Of a DNA stretch of 48,315 bases, positions 9,088-18,297 are shown piece by piece. Under the pieces are notes generated by a model that searched no databases, was not told the DNA's origin, and saw only the letters and a program-made list of their open reading frames with translations. The DNA is from a virus (lineage: Duplodnaviria > Heunggongvirae > Uroviricota > Caudoviricetes), in the IMG/VR virus record IMGVR_UViG_2565956711_000009, positions 1 to 48,315 of that record; one strand, given 5' to 3'. Position 1 is the first letter of the stretch; every line of letters starts with the position of its first letter. The translations under genes and the position numbers were made by a program.

Positions 9088-9437
9088 TATGCATACACTC
9101 CGTAAGCCCGTTTGATGGTGAACGTCAATTCAGCAAACTTGCTGCTGATCTGATTTTTCCGTACGGAATCGGCGACTACCCGATAAAGCCCCTTCTCTTC
9201 TCCCGGCGGCGTGATGATGAAGGCCTTCACGGTATGAGCCAGGAGGAAGTCGCGCACTGCGTTTACCTCAGACTCACTGCCAACGTGTTTCATTGGCACC
9301 TGGATCGCCGTGGAGTTGATGCCGTTCTCGGCCACCTGCTCATAGCCATCACCGAACTGCGCAGCGCGCACCGTTTGACTATATTCAATCGCCCCAGCAC
9401 CGAGCTGCGAGCGCCAGCTGTATGTTTCAACTGCCAT
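9087..9437 (-). CDS. M: Minor tail protein M
   Basis: 116 aa; synteny; stop-start overlap with L. Confidence 0.8.
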   Translation of the reverse strand: MAVETYSWRSQLGAGAIEYSQTVRAAQFGDGYEQVAENGINSTAIQVPMKHVGSESEVNAVRDFLLAHTVKAFIITPPGEEKGLYRVVADSVRKNQISSKFAELTFTIKRAYGVYA

Positions 9438-9509
9438 ATTTACTCCATAAAAAAAGCCCCGCGGATGCGAGGCGGTAATACTGTTTGGTTGCCTAGGCGT
9501 GGCCTGGGT

Positions 9510-9806
9510 TCATTTCTTACCAGGAAATAAAATTACGTTTGTCATATCAGGCTCTTCATCAACAGCATCTTTATATTGCCTGAATAACGAAAGCCCAATT
9601 TCAAGTTCTGCGCAGAGCACTGTGCGATTACCATCAAATCCTTGAGGTGATACAAGGCCGATATTTTCCATTAGTTCAACAAGTTGTCCTGCCCGGTTGT
9701 ACCCTATTCGAAAATTTCGCTGAATGCCCGATATGGAAACCTTCTGATTAATAACAACCCACTCGATTGCGGGTTCGATCAAAGGATCATCAAAGTAATT
9801 ATCCAT
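9510..9806 (-). CDS. Stand-alone FtsK gamma-domain (KOPS-binding winged helix) protein
   Basis: [58 protein letters not shown] closely matches recalled E. coli FtsK C-terminus (...[34 protein letters not shown]...); start taken at MDNYFDD. Confidence 0.75.
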   Translation of the reverse strand: [98 protein letters not shown]

Positions 9807-9813
9807 AAACAAA

Positions 9814-10230
9814 TTACTCCGAAGGGGTTGGGCCGCAGCGGCTGGCATAAGAGTTTCCGTCGAGATCTATCCACGATTCATCTCTTCCATCGGGATAAAT
9901 AGCTTTTTCTCCAACTTCATAACTCACACCTTTCGAAAACATCCCTTTCGAGGTCATCTTTAGATGAACATAAAAAGGATGATATCCAACATACGCACCA
10001 AACCCATTTTTGCCAGCGACTCTGCCACATACGAAACCACTGACAACATCCCCGGACTCCTGGTTCTTGTCCATGTTGAACCTAACCATTTTGAACTTGG
10101 CGCTATCCGGGTTCATCAACCCATTTGCAATTTCTTGCTGCCCAAGTTGAAGCGCTTTTTCCTCTGAAGGTTTACACGCAGCAAGTGCGATGCAGGCTAA
10201 GCTTAAGCAAATAATTTTTTTCACAATCAT
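9814..10230 (-). CDS. Lipoprotein of unknown function (moron)
   Basis: Signal peptide with lipobox LAAC (MIVKKIICLSLACIALAACK); own promoter upstream. Confidence 0.6.
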   Translation of the reverse strand: MIVKKIICLSLACIALAACKPSEEKALQLGQQEIANGLMNPDSAKFKMVRFNMDKNQESGDVVSGFVCGRVAGKNGFGAYVGYHPFYVHLKMTSKGMFSKGVSYEVGEKAIYPDGRDESWIDLDGNSYASRCGPTPSE

Positions 10231-10254
10231 CCCCTGACTATCATATTTTTTCTA

Positions 10255-10282
10255 ATAATAACCAGGGGATATGAGAATGTAA
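10255..10282 (-). promoter_or_regulatory. Candidate sigma70 promoter of the lipoprotein/FtsK-gamma moron
   Basis: Minus strand TTACAT-16 bp-TATTAT about 25 nt upstream of lipoprotein start. Confidence 0.45.
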
Positions 10283-10297
10283 CGCGATGAGCTGATA

Positions 10298-13200
10298 TTA
10301 CTTTTTCACAAACCTCCCGCCGATAGCCCCATCATCCCTGATGGCTCGGATGATGCCTTCCTGTACGTATTGCTTCATCCTCTCCGCTAACGCCCTGGCT
10401 GCCGCATCTCCTCCCACGCTAGTATTTGTTGTCGCGTTACCTTTGTTATCGACATAGATATCCACGTTGATTTGATGCCCAGAACCACCAGCACCATCCG
10501 CCCTCACACCGAGACGCCCCGCAGAATCACGAGTTAGCGGCATGATAGCTTCTTCACCAGCCTCTGCGAAAACACCGCCTTTCGCAAACTTCGATGCGCC
10601 CTGGAAGGTGAAATACTGAGGCGTATCGTAAACACCGTTAACATATTTACTGAGACCTGGGGAATCATAGACGCCACCTTTAGCGTTGAAGGTTACCCCA
10701 GCAGCGGCGTTTGCATATGCACCACCAGGCGTACTGCCACCACCACTGCCACCGCTTATCCAGCCCATTGCGGCCTGTACTGCATAGGCAACCAGTAACC
10801 GGTTGGTCACCTCGGCGATCATCTTTAACATGGATTTGGTGAATTCTTTGAGGCTGGCAGTTCCAGTTGTGACCAAACTGGTCAGCATGTCGGAAAGGCC
10901 ACTGAAGGTGGATCCAGCAACGTTACGCATTGCTTCGAATGTGTTAGTTGCAGAATCCGCATAATCAGCCCATCCGCGCTTTGCTCCAGCCTGCCAGTTA
11001 CTGCGAAGTTCGTCTTCCTTCCGGTATGTCTCTTCCTGCTGAGCCAAAACTTTTTTTTGCGCGTCAGGATTGAAGGCATAGGTCTCAGACAAACGCTGAC
11101 GTGTTGCCGCCCGCTCAGCCTCCCTGGTTGAAGTCCCTGCAGCTGCCGCATCAATTTCTGCTTGCTTAGCTGCCTGCTGCTGAGCAAATTTGGTCGCCTG
11201 ATCTGCAAGAGAATTCAGTTTCTGCTGCCTTGCAATCTGATCGCCCAATGCTGCATTAATATCAGCCTGCGCGAGAAGTTTATCCTTATTGGCGAGCAGT
11301 GACTTCTCATCAATGGTAAGCGCACGGCCTTTTGGATCATTTGCCGTTGCCTCGAGAATACTGATTTTGGATATCAGTTCCCATTGCTGCTTACGTTGCT
11401 GACTGATTACATCGTTAATATCACGATGTTCTTGAAGCGTTTTTAGCTGCGCTTGCAGAGCTAAAGTCTCAGCATTGTAAGTGTCGGTTGAGCGATCACC
11501 TGCAGACACCTTAACGGCTGGGGTTTTGGGCGTTTTATTTGGGTGAAACTGCTTGTTTATCGCGTCAACTGCCTGTTGGCGTTGTTGATCACTCCATTTA
11601 TCAGGAGCGAGTGCGACATTTTTCCATAATTCAGAAAGGGCTTTACTGCGTTTCTCTTGCCAGGTGGCAGATTGCTCGAGGATACGGTTTCTATAAATCA
11701 GCGCATCGGTGCGCTTATTATCAACCTCTATACCTTTTTGAACAGAAACATTGATATCTTCCTGAAGCTGTGCGGCTTGCTGAAGTGGCCCTATCTGAGC
11801 CTTCAAAGCGCTTATCGCAGATAATTGTGCTTTCCTACGAGCGTCATACTCCTGATCATTACTGCTCGTATCATAGCTGTACCCATAGCCTTGGCGCTGC
11901 CTTTCTGGAAGCAGTGCCTTTTCTCGTTCAGCCAGCTCTGCCTGCATTTTTCGAAGCATATCATTTGGAGCGTCAGGGCGACCGATATTCAGAAGCTCGT
12001 CCCACATCCCCTTGAGAGCTTTACTGACACTACCAGCAGCCCTCTCGATTAACCCCATATTGTCGAGGATTTGCTGACTTCGCTTCTGCTCAGCCTGGCT
12101 GTAGGCTTTGGCTGCCGCTTCCGCTGCGTCCTCTTTTTCACCGCGACGCTCCAGTGACGATATGTAGTCGTATTGCGAAGATGTCAGAAAGTGAAGGGTC
12201 GAATTAAGATCTTCTGCTGCCTTGGTTGGGCTGGCATATAGTTTTTGGAAGTTCTTAATAGTGGTATCTACAGACTGGCCAGTGGCCTCCTGCATAGCCA
12301 ACGCCGCTCTTGTGACTGTTTCGAGCTGTTCGGTTTTAAACGTACCGGCCCCAACCACCTCTGCGAGCGTACGAGCAGCTGCGGCAACTTTACCGCTTGA
12401 ACCACCAATTTTTTGGGCCAGGTCTGTCAGTTGGCTCGCTGATTTAGCAGAATAATTTCCGGTTAATATGAGCTGCTTATTAAACTCTCCGGCTTCTTGG
12501 CTGCCTTTGTACCAAGCTACAGCTATTGCCCCAAGGCCAACCACTAAGCCGCCAATCCCTACTGTCACCGGATTAATGAAACCAATCAGGGTGCGTAAAT
12601 AATCGCCTACACCAGTCAGCGCGCCCTTGACTCCACCGAACTGGTCTTTAATCTGCCCGCCCTGTTGCAGCAGGATCAGGAACGGCGACTGACCGCCAGC
12701 CAACTGCGTGGCGATATCGGTGAATTGCGCCGGAAGCGTGCGCATTGCTGCGCTGTACTGACCAACGGAGATTCCAGCGCGCCGGGCAGCAGCTTCCTGC
12801 CGGGATAGCGCCTCTGGTAGTACGTCAGCGACACCAGAGAGGCGCTCACGCGTCTGGTTAAGGATTGTGTTGAAGTGCTCGAACTGAGCACCGTTAATGC
12901 GCCCCGCTTCGAAGTGTGCCACCAGCTGCGCATGCTGCTCGTCCAGCGAGTTGAATGCGCGGATCGTCGGGTCGATGGAGCCGAGAAGGTTTTTCAGCGC
13001 TGCCGACTGTTTCTCAGCAGCCTGGGTGGCTGCCAGTTCAGCCTGGGCCCGCATTGATGCCTCAGCGGTTTCACCGAGTTTTTGCCGGGTGTTATCCAGT
13101 ATTGTCTGGTAACTCTTAAACTCCTCAGTATTGAGAAATCCCCCCGCATGGAATCTCTGCAAAGCAACCTGCTGGTCCTCGAGCTTTTCCAGCGCAATCA

Positions 13201-13429
13201 GCGTGGGGTTGATGTTCTCCAACAATCCCTTCAGCGCAGCCTGCTGCTCTTTTGCCCCTTGGGCACCCTGCTTGCCAGCTTCAGCGCCGGCACGAAAAAC
13301 ACTGTTAAGGTCATCCGCTTTATCGACAGCACCGGCCGCCGCCTGACCGAGTTTATCCAGCTCATTACTGGCTGTTTTCAGGTCAGAAACATCGGCCCGC
13401 AAAGTAATCGAGGCGATCTGGTCTGTCAT
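10298..13429 (-). CDS. H: Tail tape measure protein
   Basis: 1043 aa, coiled-coil rich, hydrophobic central segment; follows the G/GT chaperone. Confidence 0.9.
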   Translation of the reverse strand: MTDQIASITLRADVSDLKTASNELDKLGQAAAGAVDKADDLNSVFRAGAEAGKQGAQGAKEQQAALKGLLENINPTLIALEKLEDQQVALQRFHAGGFLNTEEFKSYQTILDNTRQKLGETAEASMRAQAELAATQAAEKQSAALKNLLGSIDPTIRAFNSLDEQHAQLVAHFEAGRINGAQFEHFNTILNQTRERLSGVADVLPEALSRQEAAARRAGISVGQYSAAMRTLPAQFTDIATQLAGGQSPFLILLQQGGQIKDQFGGVKGALTGVGDYLRTLIGFINPVTVGIGGLVVGLGAIAVAWYKGSQEAGEFNKQLILTGNYSAKSASQLTDLAQKIGGSSGKVAAAARTLAEVVGAGTFKTEQLETVTRAALAMQEATGQSVDTTIKNFQKLYASPTKAAEDLNSTLHFLTSSQYDYISSLERRGEKEDAAEAAAKAYSQAEQKRSQQILDNMGLIERAAGSVSKALKGMWDELLNIGRPDAPNDMLRKMQAELAEREKALLPERQRQGYGYSYDTSSNDQEYDARRKAQLSAISALKAQIGPLQQAAQLQEDINVSVQKGIEVDNKRTDALIYRNRILEQSATWQEKRSKALSELWKNVALAPDKWSDQQRQQAVDAINKQFHPNKTPKTPAVKVSAGDRSTDTYNAETLALQAQLKTLQEHRDINDVISQQRKQQWELISKISILEATANDPKGRALTIDEKSLLANKDKLLAQADINAALGDQIARQQKLNSLADQATKFAQQQAAKQAEIDAAAAGTSTREAERAATRQRLSETYAFNPDAQKKVLAQQEETYRKEDELRSNWQAGAKRGWADYADSATNTFEAMRNVAGSTFSGLSDMLTSLVTTGTASLKEFTKSMLKMIAEVTNRLLVAYAVQAAMGWISGGSGGGSTPGGAYANAAAGVTFNAKGGVYDSPGLSKYVNGVYDTPQYFTFQGASKFAKGGVFAEAGEEAIMPLTRDSAGRLGVRADGAGGSGHQINVDIYVDNKGNATTNTSVGGDAAARALAERMKQYVQEGIIRAIRDDGAIGGRFVKK

Positions 13430-14072
13430 TATTTCGTCTCCTTGTGCATTACCTTGAGAGCCTCGCTTTCCATAATTTGAAGGTCAGCCATGCAGGCCGC
13501 CGCATCCTCAACCCCGTGTAACTCGAACATCCAGGGGAGAACGTTGTAATCAAGGCCGGTCGCCCCGCTCGCGCCGACTCGCCACTGGGTCGCCAGGGAA
13601 GAGAAGATGGTGAAAGACTTCCACACAGAGGGCAGGATCCCCACCTCTTCCTCCACGTCCTCAGGCGTCAAACCAAAAGCGCTCAGCTCCGCGAGCGTCG
13701 GCCCCGGCGTATACAACGCTGCGGCGACCTGCCTCAGTTTTTTTCGCGGATACCCATAAGCTCTTTGGTGTAGGCCAGACCGATGCTGTCGAACGCGCGA
13801 GGATAGTTCTTCAGGAGGACAATAACGTTGTCGCGGGTGAACTCGTCAGGTAGTGCCCACCCCTCGACAATTTCCATGAGGTAGTCGGCCTGCGGCTCGA
13901 TAGCACCCTTTTTACCTTCAGCGGACTTTTGCAGCTTTTCGTCCATAGAGCGCAGCTCTTCCAGTGTCTTATGGCGGAAAGTGAAAGTCAGTTTGCCGTC
14001 TTCGGCGCCAGCGCGCGGAATGCTCGCGGTCACAGAAAATGTAGGAGTGGGGATGAGTGAGAACTTAGTCAT
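13429..14072 (-). CDS. Tail assembly chaperone G-T fusion made by programmed -1 frameshift
   Basis: G frame ends ...MGIREKN*; the -1 frame continues KKLRQVAAALYTPGPTLAEL... to stop at 13429; slippery A_AAA_AAC sits on the last codons of G. Confidence 0.7.
13734..14072 (-). CDS. G: Tail assembly chaperone G
   Basis: 112 aa; AAGGAA RBS; position before tape measure. Confidence 0.8.
   Translation of the reverse strand: MTKFSLIPTPTFSVTASIPRAGAEDGKLTFTFRHKTLEELRSMDEKLQKSAEGKKGAIEPQADYLMEIVEGWALPDEFTRDNVIVLLKNYPRAFDSIGLAYTKELMGIREKN
13737..13743 (-). other. -1 ribosomal frameshift slippery heptamer A_AAA_AAC
   Basis: Minus strand GAA AAA AAC TGA at end of G; + strand shows GTTTTTTT. Confidence 0.7.
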
Positions 14073-14086
14073 TTCGGTTCCTTAGA

Positions 14087-14115
14087 AAAAGAAAAACCCG
14101 CCGGAGCGGGTTGAA
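14087..14115 (-). terminator. Rho-independent terminator between the V-G insert gene and G
   Basis: Minus strand CCCGC-tccg-GCGGG followed by TTTTTCTTTTTCT. Confidence 0.6.
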
Positions 14116-14139
14116 TATACGAGTGTGTGATCGTGGGAG

Positions 14140-15069
14140 TTATCGTTTGTACAGCAGACCGCCTGGCTTCAGTGCGTTGCGAATAGCATCGCCCACTGCG
14201 TCATTCAGTGCCTGTTTCAAGTCAGAGGTTGAGGATTCCTGAGCAGCTATCGCAGTCTGAAGGGATGTGAACAGATCGCTTTCACGTACAGCCTTGAGAA
14301 CCAGTTCTTGCATCTCGTCGGTTAGTCGCGTCTTGGTGGCTGTGCCTGTCGCTGAAGCAATTGAACTGATTGGTTCAGCGGTGGCATTATTGCCATCAGC
14401 GGGATTAGCTCCATCATGACTAATTGCCCCAGGGAAACCACCAAAAGCCAGACCACCATTGAAGGCCGTCTCTTCATTATTGCTGGCTGATTGAGCGGCT
14501 TCATGTACCTTAAAGCGATCAGCCTTAAACGTTACCTGCTGCTTTCCTTCTTCAACTCCGAGGGTCATGCCAGCTTCGTGCGGCTTGCCTTTGCCGGCGA
14601 CATTTAATTTAACGCTGTAGCTCTTAGACAATACGGCATCGTCGATCTTCGCATCGGTAACGAACACCTCGCCGTTATTAATAATCAGCGTCCCGTTCTT
14701 TTCGAAAGACCAGCCATCTTTCAGGACTTTGAATGCATCGCTGTTACGGATCTCTTCGTCCAGCGCCTCAATAATCTCTTCGGTATCGACAGAAGAAACC
14801 CCTTCGATCCAGTCACCGGCTCGCCAATCTCGTGCTGAGCCATCTTCTGCAATTGGACGCAGGCGCACCTGCAATCTCTCACCAGCTTTGAGGCCGGAAA
14901 TAAGGCATACGGTAGCTGGCCAGAAGATGCGTTTTTTCATAAGTCGGCCATCTTCATGAAGGCATTGCAGTTCTAGCACCGCGCAGCCACCCGGCCATTT
15001 CCATTCGACGTCCACACCAAAAGGTTTGGGAGTGGTTTTTACGTAAGGGACGATTGAAGGTTCTGACAT
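14140..15069 (-). CDS. Unknown protein inserted between major tail protein and G chaperone
   Basis: 309 aa from MSEPSIVPYV with AAGGAAAA RBS; flanked by terminators on both sides; no family recognised. Confidence 0.6.
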   Translation of the reverse strand: MSEPSIVPYVKTTPKPFGVDVEWKWPGGCAVLELQCLHEDGRLMKKRIFWPATVCLISGLKAGERLQVRLRPIAEDGSARDWRAGDWIEGVSSVDTEEIIEALDEEIRNSDAFKVLKDGWSFEKNGTLIINNGEVFVTDAKIDDAVLSKSYSVKLNVAGKGKPHEAGMTLGVEEGKQQVTFKADRFKVHEAAQSASNNEETAFNGGLAFGGFPGAISHDGANPADGNNATAEPISSIASATGTATKTRLTDEMQELVLKAVRESDLFTSLQTAIAAQESSTSDLKQALNDAVGDAIRNALKPGGLLYKR

Positions 15070-15088
15070 TTTAATTTTCCTTTTAGAC

Positions 15089-15142
15089 GTGAGCCTGTCG
15101 CACGGCAAATCCGCCGAAAGTTAACGGTTTGCCCAGGCTCAC
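15089..15142. repeat. Nested inverted repeats in the leader of the V-G insert gene
   Basis: Outer arms GTGAGCCTG / CAGGCTCAC and inner arms GGCAAA / TTTGCC. Confidence 0.5.
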
Positions 15143-15182
15143 AGCTGAAAGACTTTCTTCGATGTGCGCGTGCGATGCGCAT

Positions 15183-15204
15183 AAAAAAGCCCGGCGTACC
15201 GGGC
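15183..15204 (-). terminator. Rho-independent terminator after major tail gene
   Basis: Minus strand GCCCGG-tacg-CCGGGC followed by T6. Confidence 0.75.
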
Positions 15205-15212
15205 CTGATTAG

Positions 15213-16145
15213 TTAGCTGATCGTGACAGTACACGCAGCCGAGGTGATGGTTTTGCCCGCGGCGTCGGTGACTTCACAGGTGTAAACGCCAGCATCACCG
15301 GATGCGACAGATGAAATGTTGAACGTCGATGCGGTTTTGCCCGGAATAGCGGTGCTGCCTTTCTTCCAAACGTAGGTGTAAGGTGCTGCGCCGCCCTTCA
15401 TTACCACCGCCAGATCCAGCGCTGCGCCTGTGGCAACCGATTTGGTGGCCGGCAGGTCGGTCAGGAACGCCAGCGGCGTCACGGATGAATCGGCGATCGG
15501 GTAAATCTGCATGTCCGATTCGAAGTTCATGCGCGCCTCGTTACTTTCCACGGCGTTGATTTCCGTGCGCGGTACGCGCTGGAACGATACTTTGGCTGAG
15601 TAGAAACGATCGGCTTTGCCGCGTGGGTTATGGAACCAGACCGCCGTTGTGTCGCTGGAGTCATCCAGGTCAATGAGGCGTTTGTAGATCGCCAGTTGAG
15701 GGTCGTGTGCAAAGGTGTAAACCTGAACCACCGCGTTTTTAAACGTTGGGATGGTTCGCGCTTTGTCATCTTCCAGGAACTGCACGCTGATGGTCTGCTG
15801 GTCACCACCTTCAGTTGATAGTGTCATCACCTGAGGCATGGTGATCCAGGAGTCGATTTTGCGCAGCGTGCCCGCGCCAGTGCCTGCCGGGAATTTGGTG
15901 GTGTCGGTAGTATCGAATGCTTCCAGCACGATTTTATTACTGGTCACCGATTTTACGCGCAGCACCATGTTATCGAGCTTTAACCAGCCGGAACTCACCT
16001 GAACTACGTCACCGGCCAGAATGCCGGAAGCCGATGCAACGGTCAGTTCGCATTCCGTCGCGTTAGAGGCTGCGGTAAAGGTGATTGGGGCTTGATAGGC
16101 CTTGGCCACGTTCACACGCGAGCCGTTAGGGATTGCGAATGCCAT
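15213..16145 (-). CDS. V: Major tail protein V with C-terminal Ig-like domain
   Basis: 310 aa; C-terminus ...YTYVWKKGSTAIPGK...AGVYTCEVTDAAGKTITSAACTVTIS is Ig-like; synteny. Confidence 0.85.
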   Translation of the reverse strand: MAFAIPNGSRVNVAKAYQAPITFTAASNATECELTVASASGILAGDVVQVSSGWLKLDNMVLRVKSVTSNKIVLEAFDTTDTTKFPAGTGAGTLRKIDSWITMPQVMTLSTEGGDQQTISVQFLEDDKARTIPTFKNAVVQVYTFAHDPQLAIYKRLIDLDDSSDTTAVWFHNPRGKADRFYSAKVSFQRVPRTEINAVESNEARMNFESDMQIYPIADSSVTPLAFLTDLPATKSVATGAALDLAVVMKGGAAPYTYVWKKGSTAIPGKTASTFNISSVASGDAGVYTCEVTDAAGKTITSAACTVTIS

Positions 16146-16191
16146 AGCACTCTCCTGAATTTAGCTAATAAAAAACCCGCCATCTGGCAGG

Positions 16192-16641
16192 TCAGTAGTC
16201 AGCGCGGTACTGCATGCTGACGGGAATGGTGTAGGTTATGGAGCCACTGGACCCGTTGGGCGCCGAGGTTGGCCGGTCCTGGATGGGTTGTCTCACCTGC
16301 GGCGGCCCGTTGATGTAAACCGTCAGATTACCGTCCACCAGCGGCAGCCCTTCGGGAAAAGCATCTGCGACCGACTTTGTCAGCCCTCTTGCCAGAGTCA
16401 CGCCGCTACCTGCTGGTGCAATGATATTGAGCTGGAGAATGCCCTGGTATGTACGCAACTGACCTTCCAGGTCCTGCCCCACGGTTTGCGCAGGTAAGAC
16501 ATAAACGCGCCCGTAAGGGGCATCATCAGGCGGGGTAAAAGCGATGTTAGGCCAGGCGATCGGCAATCCTAGCGACTCAGCGATAATCGCCACCCGGCTC
16601 TCCAGCAATTCAGCAATTCGCATGGACTGGTCACCGGCCAT
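16192..16641 (-). CDS. Tail terminator (gpU-like)
   Basis: 149 aa immediately upstream of V; assignment by position. Confidence 0.6.
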   Translation of the reverse strand: MAGDQSMRIAELLESRVAIIAESLGLPIAWPNIAFTPPDDAPYGRVYVLPAQTVGQDLEGQLRTYQGILQLNIIAPAGSGVTLARGLTKSVADAFPEGLPLVDGNLTVYINGPPQVRQPIQDRPTSAPNGSSGSITYTIPVSMQYRADY

Positions 16642-17230
16642 TGCGCACCTCGTTCATTGCCTCGCGGAAGTATTGGGCTGCATCCAATGCGGTCAACCCG
16701 ACCATACCTCCGGGCGCCTGGTTTGAATGTCCGTTCTCCAGTGCCTGGGCATATGGCAGGTTGTTAGTGAAGTAAATCGTGCTCACTTGCCCTACTTTGA
16801 ACACCTCAAGCACCGCCAGACCGCGGGAGTTTGAACCCTGCCCCGAAGCGTCCGGGGTATCGTTCGTCTCTGTTGGCTGGCTATCGAACCCAACATACCA
16901 GTTGTTCTTGAACCGACCACCGACATAACCCTCAGGCTTTTTGATGTCCATCGAGTCGTTTACACGCAAACCGCGCTTTAGTCGTCCCGATTTGGTCAGG
17001 TTGGCAGGATCATCGCGAAGGGCAGCATTATGTTCACGCACTGCAGTATTATAAGCAGAGGCCGTTTGGTTCACTTGCCAGGTCTCCGGCTGCCCGACTG
17101 GTGACATCTCCACCAATCTACCCAGGATTTTGATACCCGTCCGGCGCACCGCCTCGTCAATCTCCTGCTTTGAGCCATCAACGAACAGCTGAATAGCAGC
17201 CAGGAACGGCTGATTTGCAGAACTGGTCAT
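16631..17230 (-). CDS. Tail completion protein (HK97 gp10-like)
   Basis: 199 aa; position between head-tail adaptor and terminator. Confidence 0.6.
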   Translation of the reverse strand: MTSSANQPFLAAIQLFVDGSKQEIDEAVRRTGIKILGRLVEMSPVGQPETWQVNQTASAYNTAVREHNAALRDDPANLTKSGRLKRGLRVNDSMDIKKPEGYVGGRFKNNWYVGFDSQPTETNDTPDASGQGSNSRGLAVLEVFKVGQVSTIYFTNNLPYAQALENGHSNQAPGGMVGLTALDAAQYFREAMNEVRNGR

Positions 17231-17232
17231 AA

Positions 17233-17586
17233 TCAGGTCCTCAGCTGGATGTTGTAGGAGATCAGCACATCTGCGGGCTTAACCGGATTCGGCTGAACCA
17301 CGCGCCACTTTTTTCCGTCGATATCAATGAGGTCGCCAATGCGCACTTCCGTTTCAAACGTGGCCGCCAATTTTTTATCGCCCGTAGCAATCAGTGAACC
17401 GTCGATTTCACGCGTGGAGTATTCGGTGATAACGCCGGTAACGGTCGCTGTAATAGGCTCGGTGATAACCTCTTTCCCGTACTGATCGCGGGTGGTGGTT
17501 CCGCCGCGAGTCAGTTGGTAGGCTTTGCCGTTCTCCGTCAGTAGCCGCGTTGCCGTAGCGCGCATGCGGCGATAGTCGATTGCCAT
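17233..17586 (-). CDS. Head-tail adaptor / head closure protein
   Basis: About 117 aa from MAIDYRRM; synteny. Confidence 0.55.
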   Translation of the reverse strand: MAIDYRRMRATATRLLTENGKAYQLTRGGTTTRDQYGKEVITEPITATVTGVITEYSTREIDGSLIATGDKKLAATFETEVRIGDLIDIDGKKWRVVQPNPVKPADVLISYNIQLRT

Positions 17587-17587
17587 G

Positions 17588-18070
17588 CTACCCCCTTTCG
17601 ATCCGGACCTGGTTGCCGCCCACCACAAGCCCGCGCAGCGAGGAATAGAACCAGGGGAATGATGGAGTAGCCTTATTCGTTCCCGGCTCGTACTGCACAG
17701 AGACCGCCCCCTGTACGCTCTCAGCTATGACCGCGCCGCCACCGGAGACCGACGGCGTGAGGTCAATCTCCTGCGACTCGATAGCCAGGCGGCATTGGGC
17801 ATCAATCAGGCGCTGTGGAATAGCATCATCCGGCAGGTCCACACCATCGAAGCGTACGCCGGAGCGCGGCCACGACAGCGGCTGAGATGTGCTGGAGCGC
17901 TGACCGCGCCAGGCCTGCCCTTCCAGAAAGTCCATCGCTTGCATCAACAACATGCCGCACTCGCCGTCATCGGCAGGTATGGTATATCCGCGCCCGGCGG
18001 CAAATGCCCGCAGGTCGGACACGCTGGCGTAGCTGTTAAAGTCCGGCGAATGGGGATCGGCAACCAGCAT
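17588..18070 (-). CDS. Head-tail connector protein (gp6-like)
   Basis: 160 aa; synteny after capsid. Confidence 0.55.
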   Translation of the reverse strand: MLVADPHSPDFNSYASVSDLRAFAAGRGYTIPADDGECGMLLMQAMDFLEGQAWRGQRSSTSQPLSWPRSGVRFDGVDLPDDAIPQRLIDAQCRLAIESQEIDLTPSVSGGGAVIAESVQGAVSVQYEPGTNKATPSFPWFYSSLRGLVVGGNQVRIERG

Positions 18071-18072
18071 GG

Positions 18073-18258
18073 TTATTCCTCCAGACGCCAGTCCAGCGCC
18101 AGCCAGTTATCCACTTCATCAGGATGAACATCTGCACGCAGCGGGCCGCCGGGGAACTCTGGGGTGTCACGCACCATGACCACCAGCTCAATACCCTGCT
18201 GAGCTGCAAGCTTTTCCGCGTCACGCTGCGCGCGCTGCTCTCTGGTTAATCCGGCCAT
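18073..18258 (-). CDS. Small phage structural-module protein
   Basis: 61-aa ORF directly after capsid terminator. Confidence 0.45.
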   Translation of the reverse strand: MAGLTREQRAQRDAEKLAAQQGIELVVMVRDTPEFPGGPLRADVHPDEVDNWLALDWRLEE

Positions 18259-18271
18259 TGGGCCTCCTGAA

Positions 18272-18292
18272 AAACAAAGGGGCCGAAGCCCC
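18272..18292 (-). terminator. Rho-independent terminator after major capsid gene
   Basis: Minus strand GGGGC-UUCG-GCCCC followed by TTTGTTTT. Confidence 0.75.
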
Positions 18293-18297
18293 CTGGG

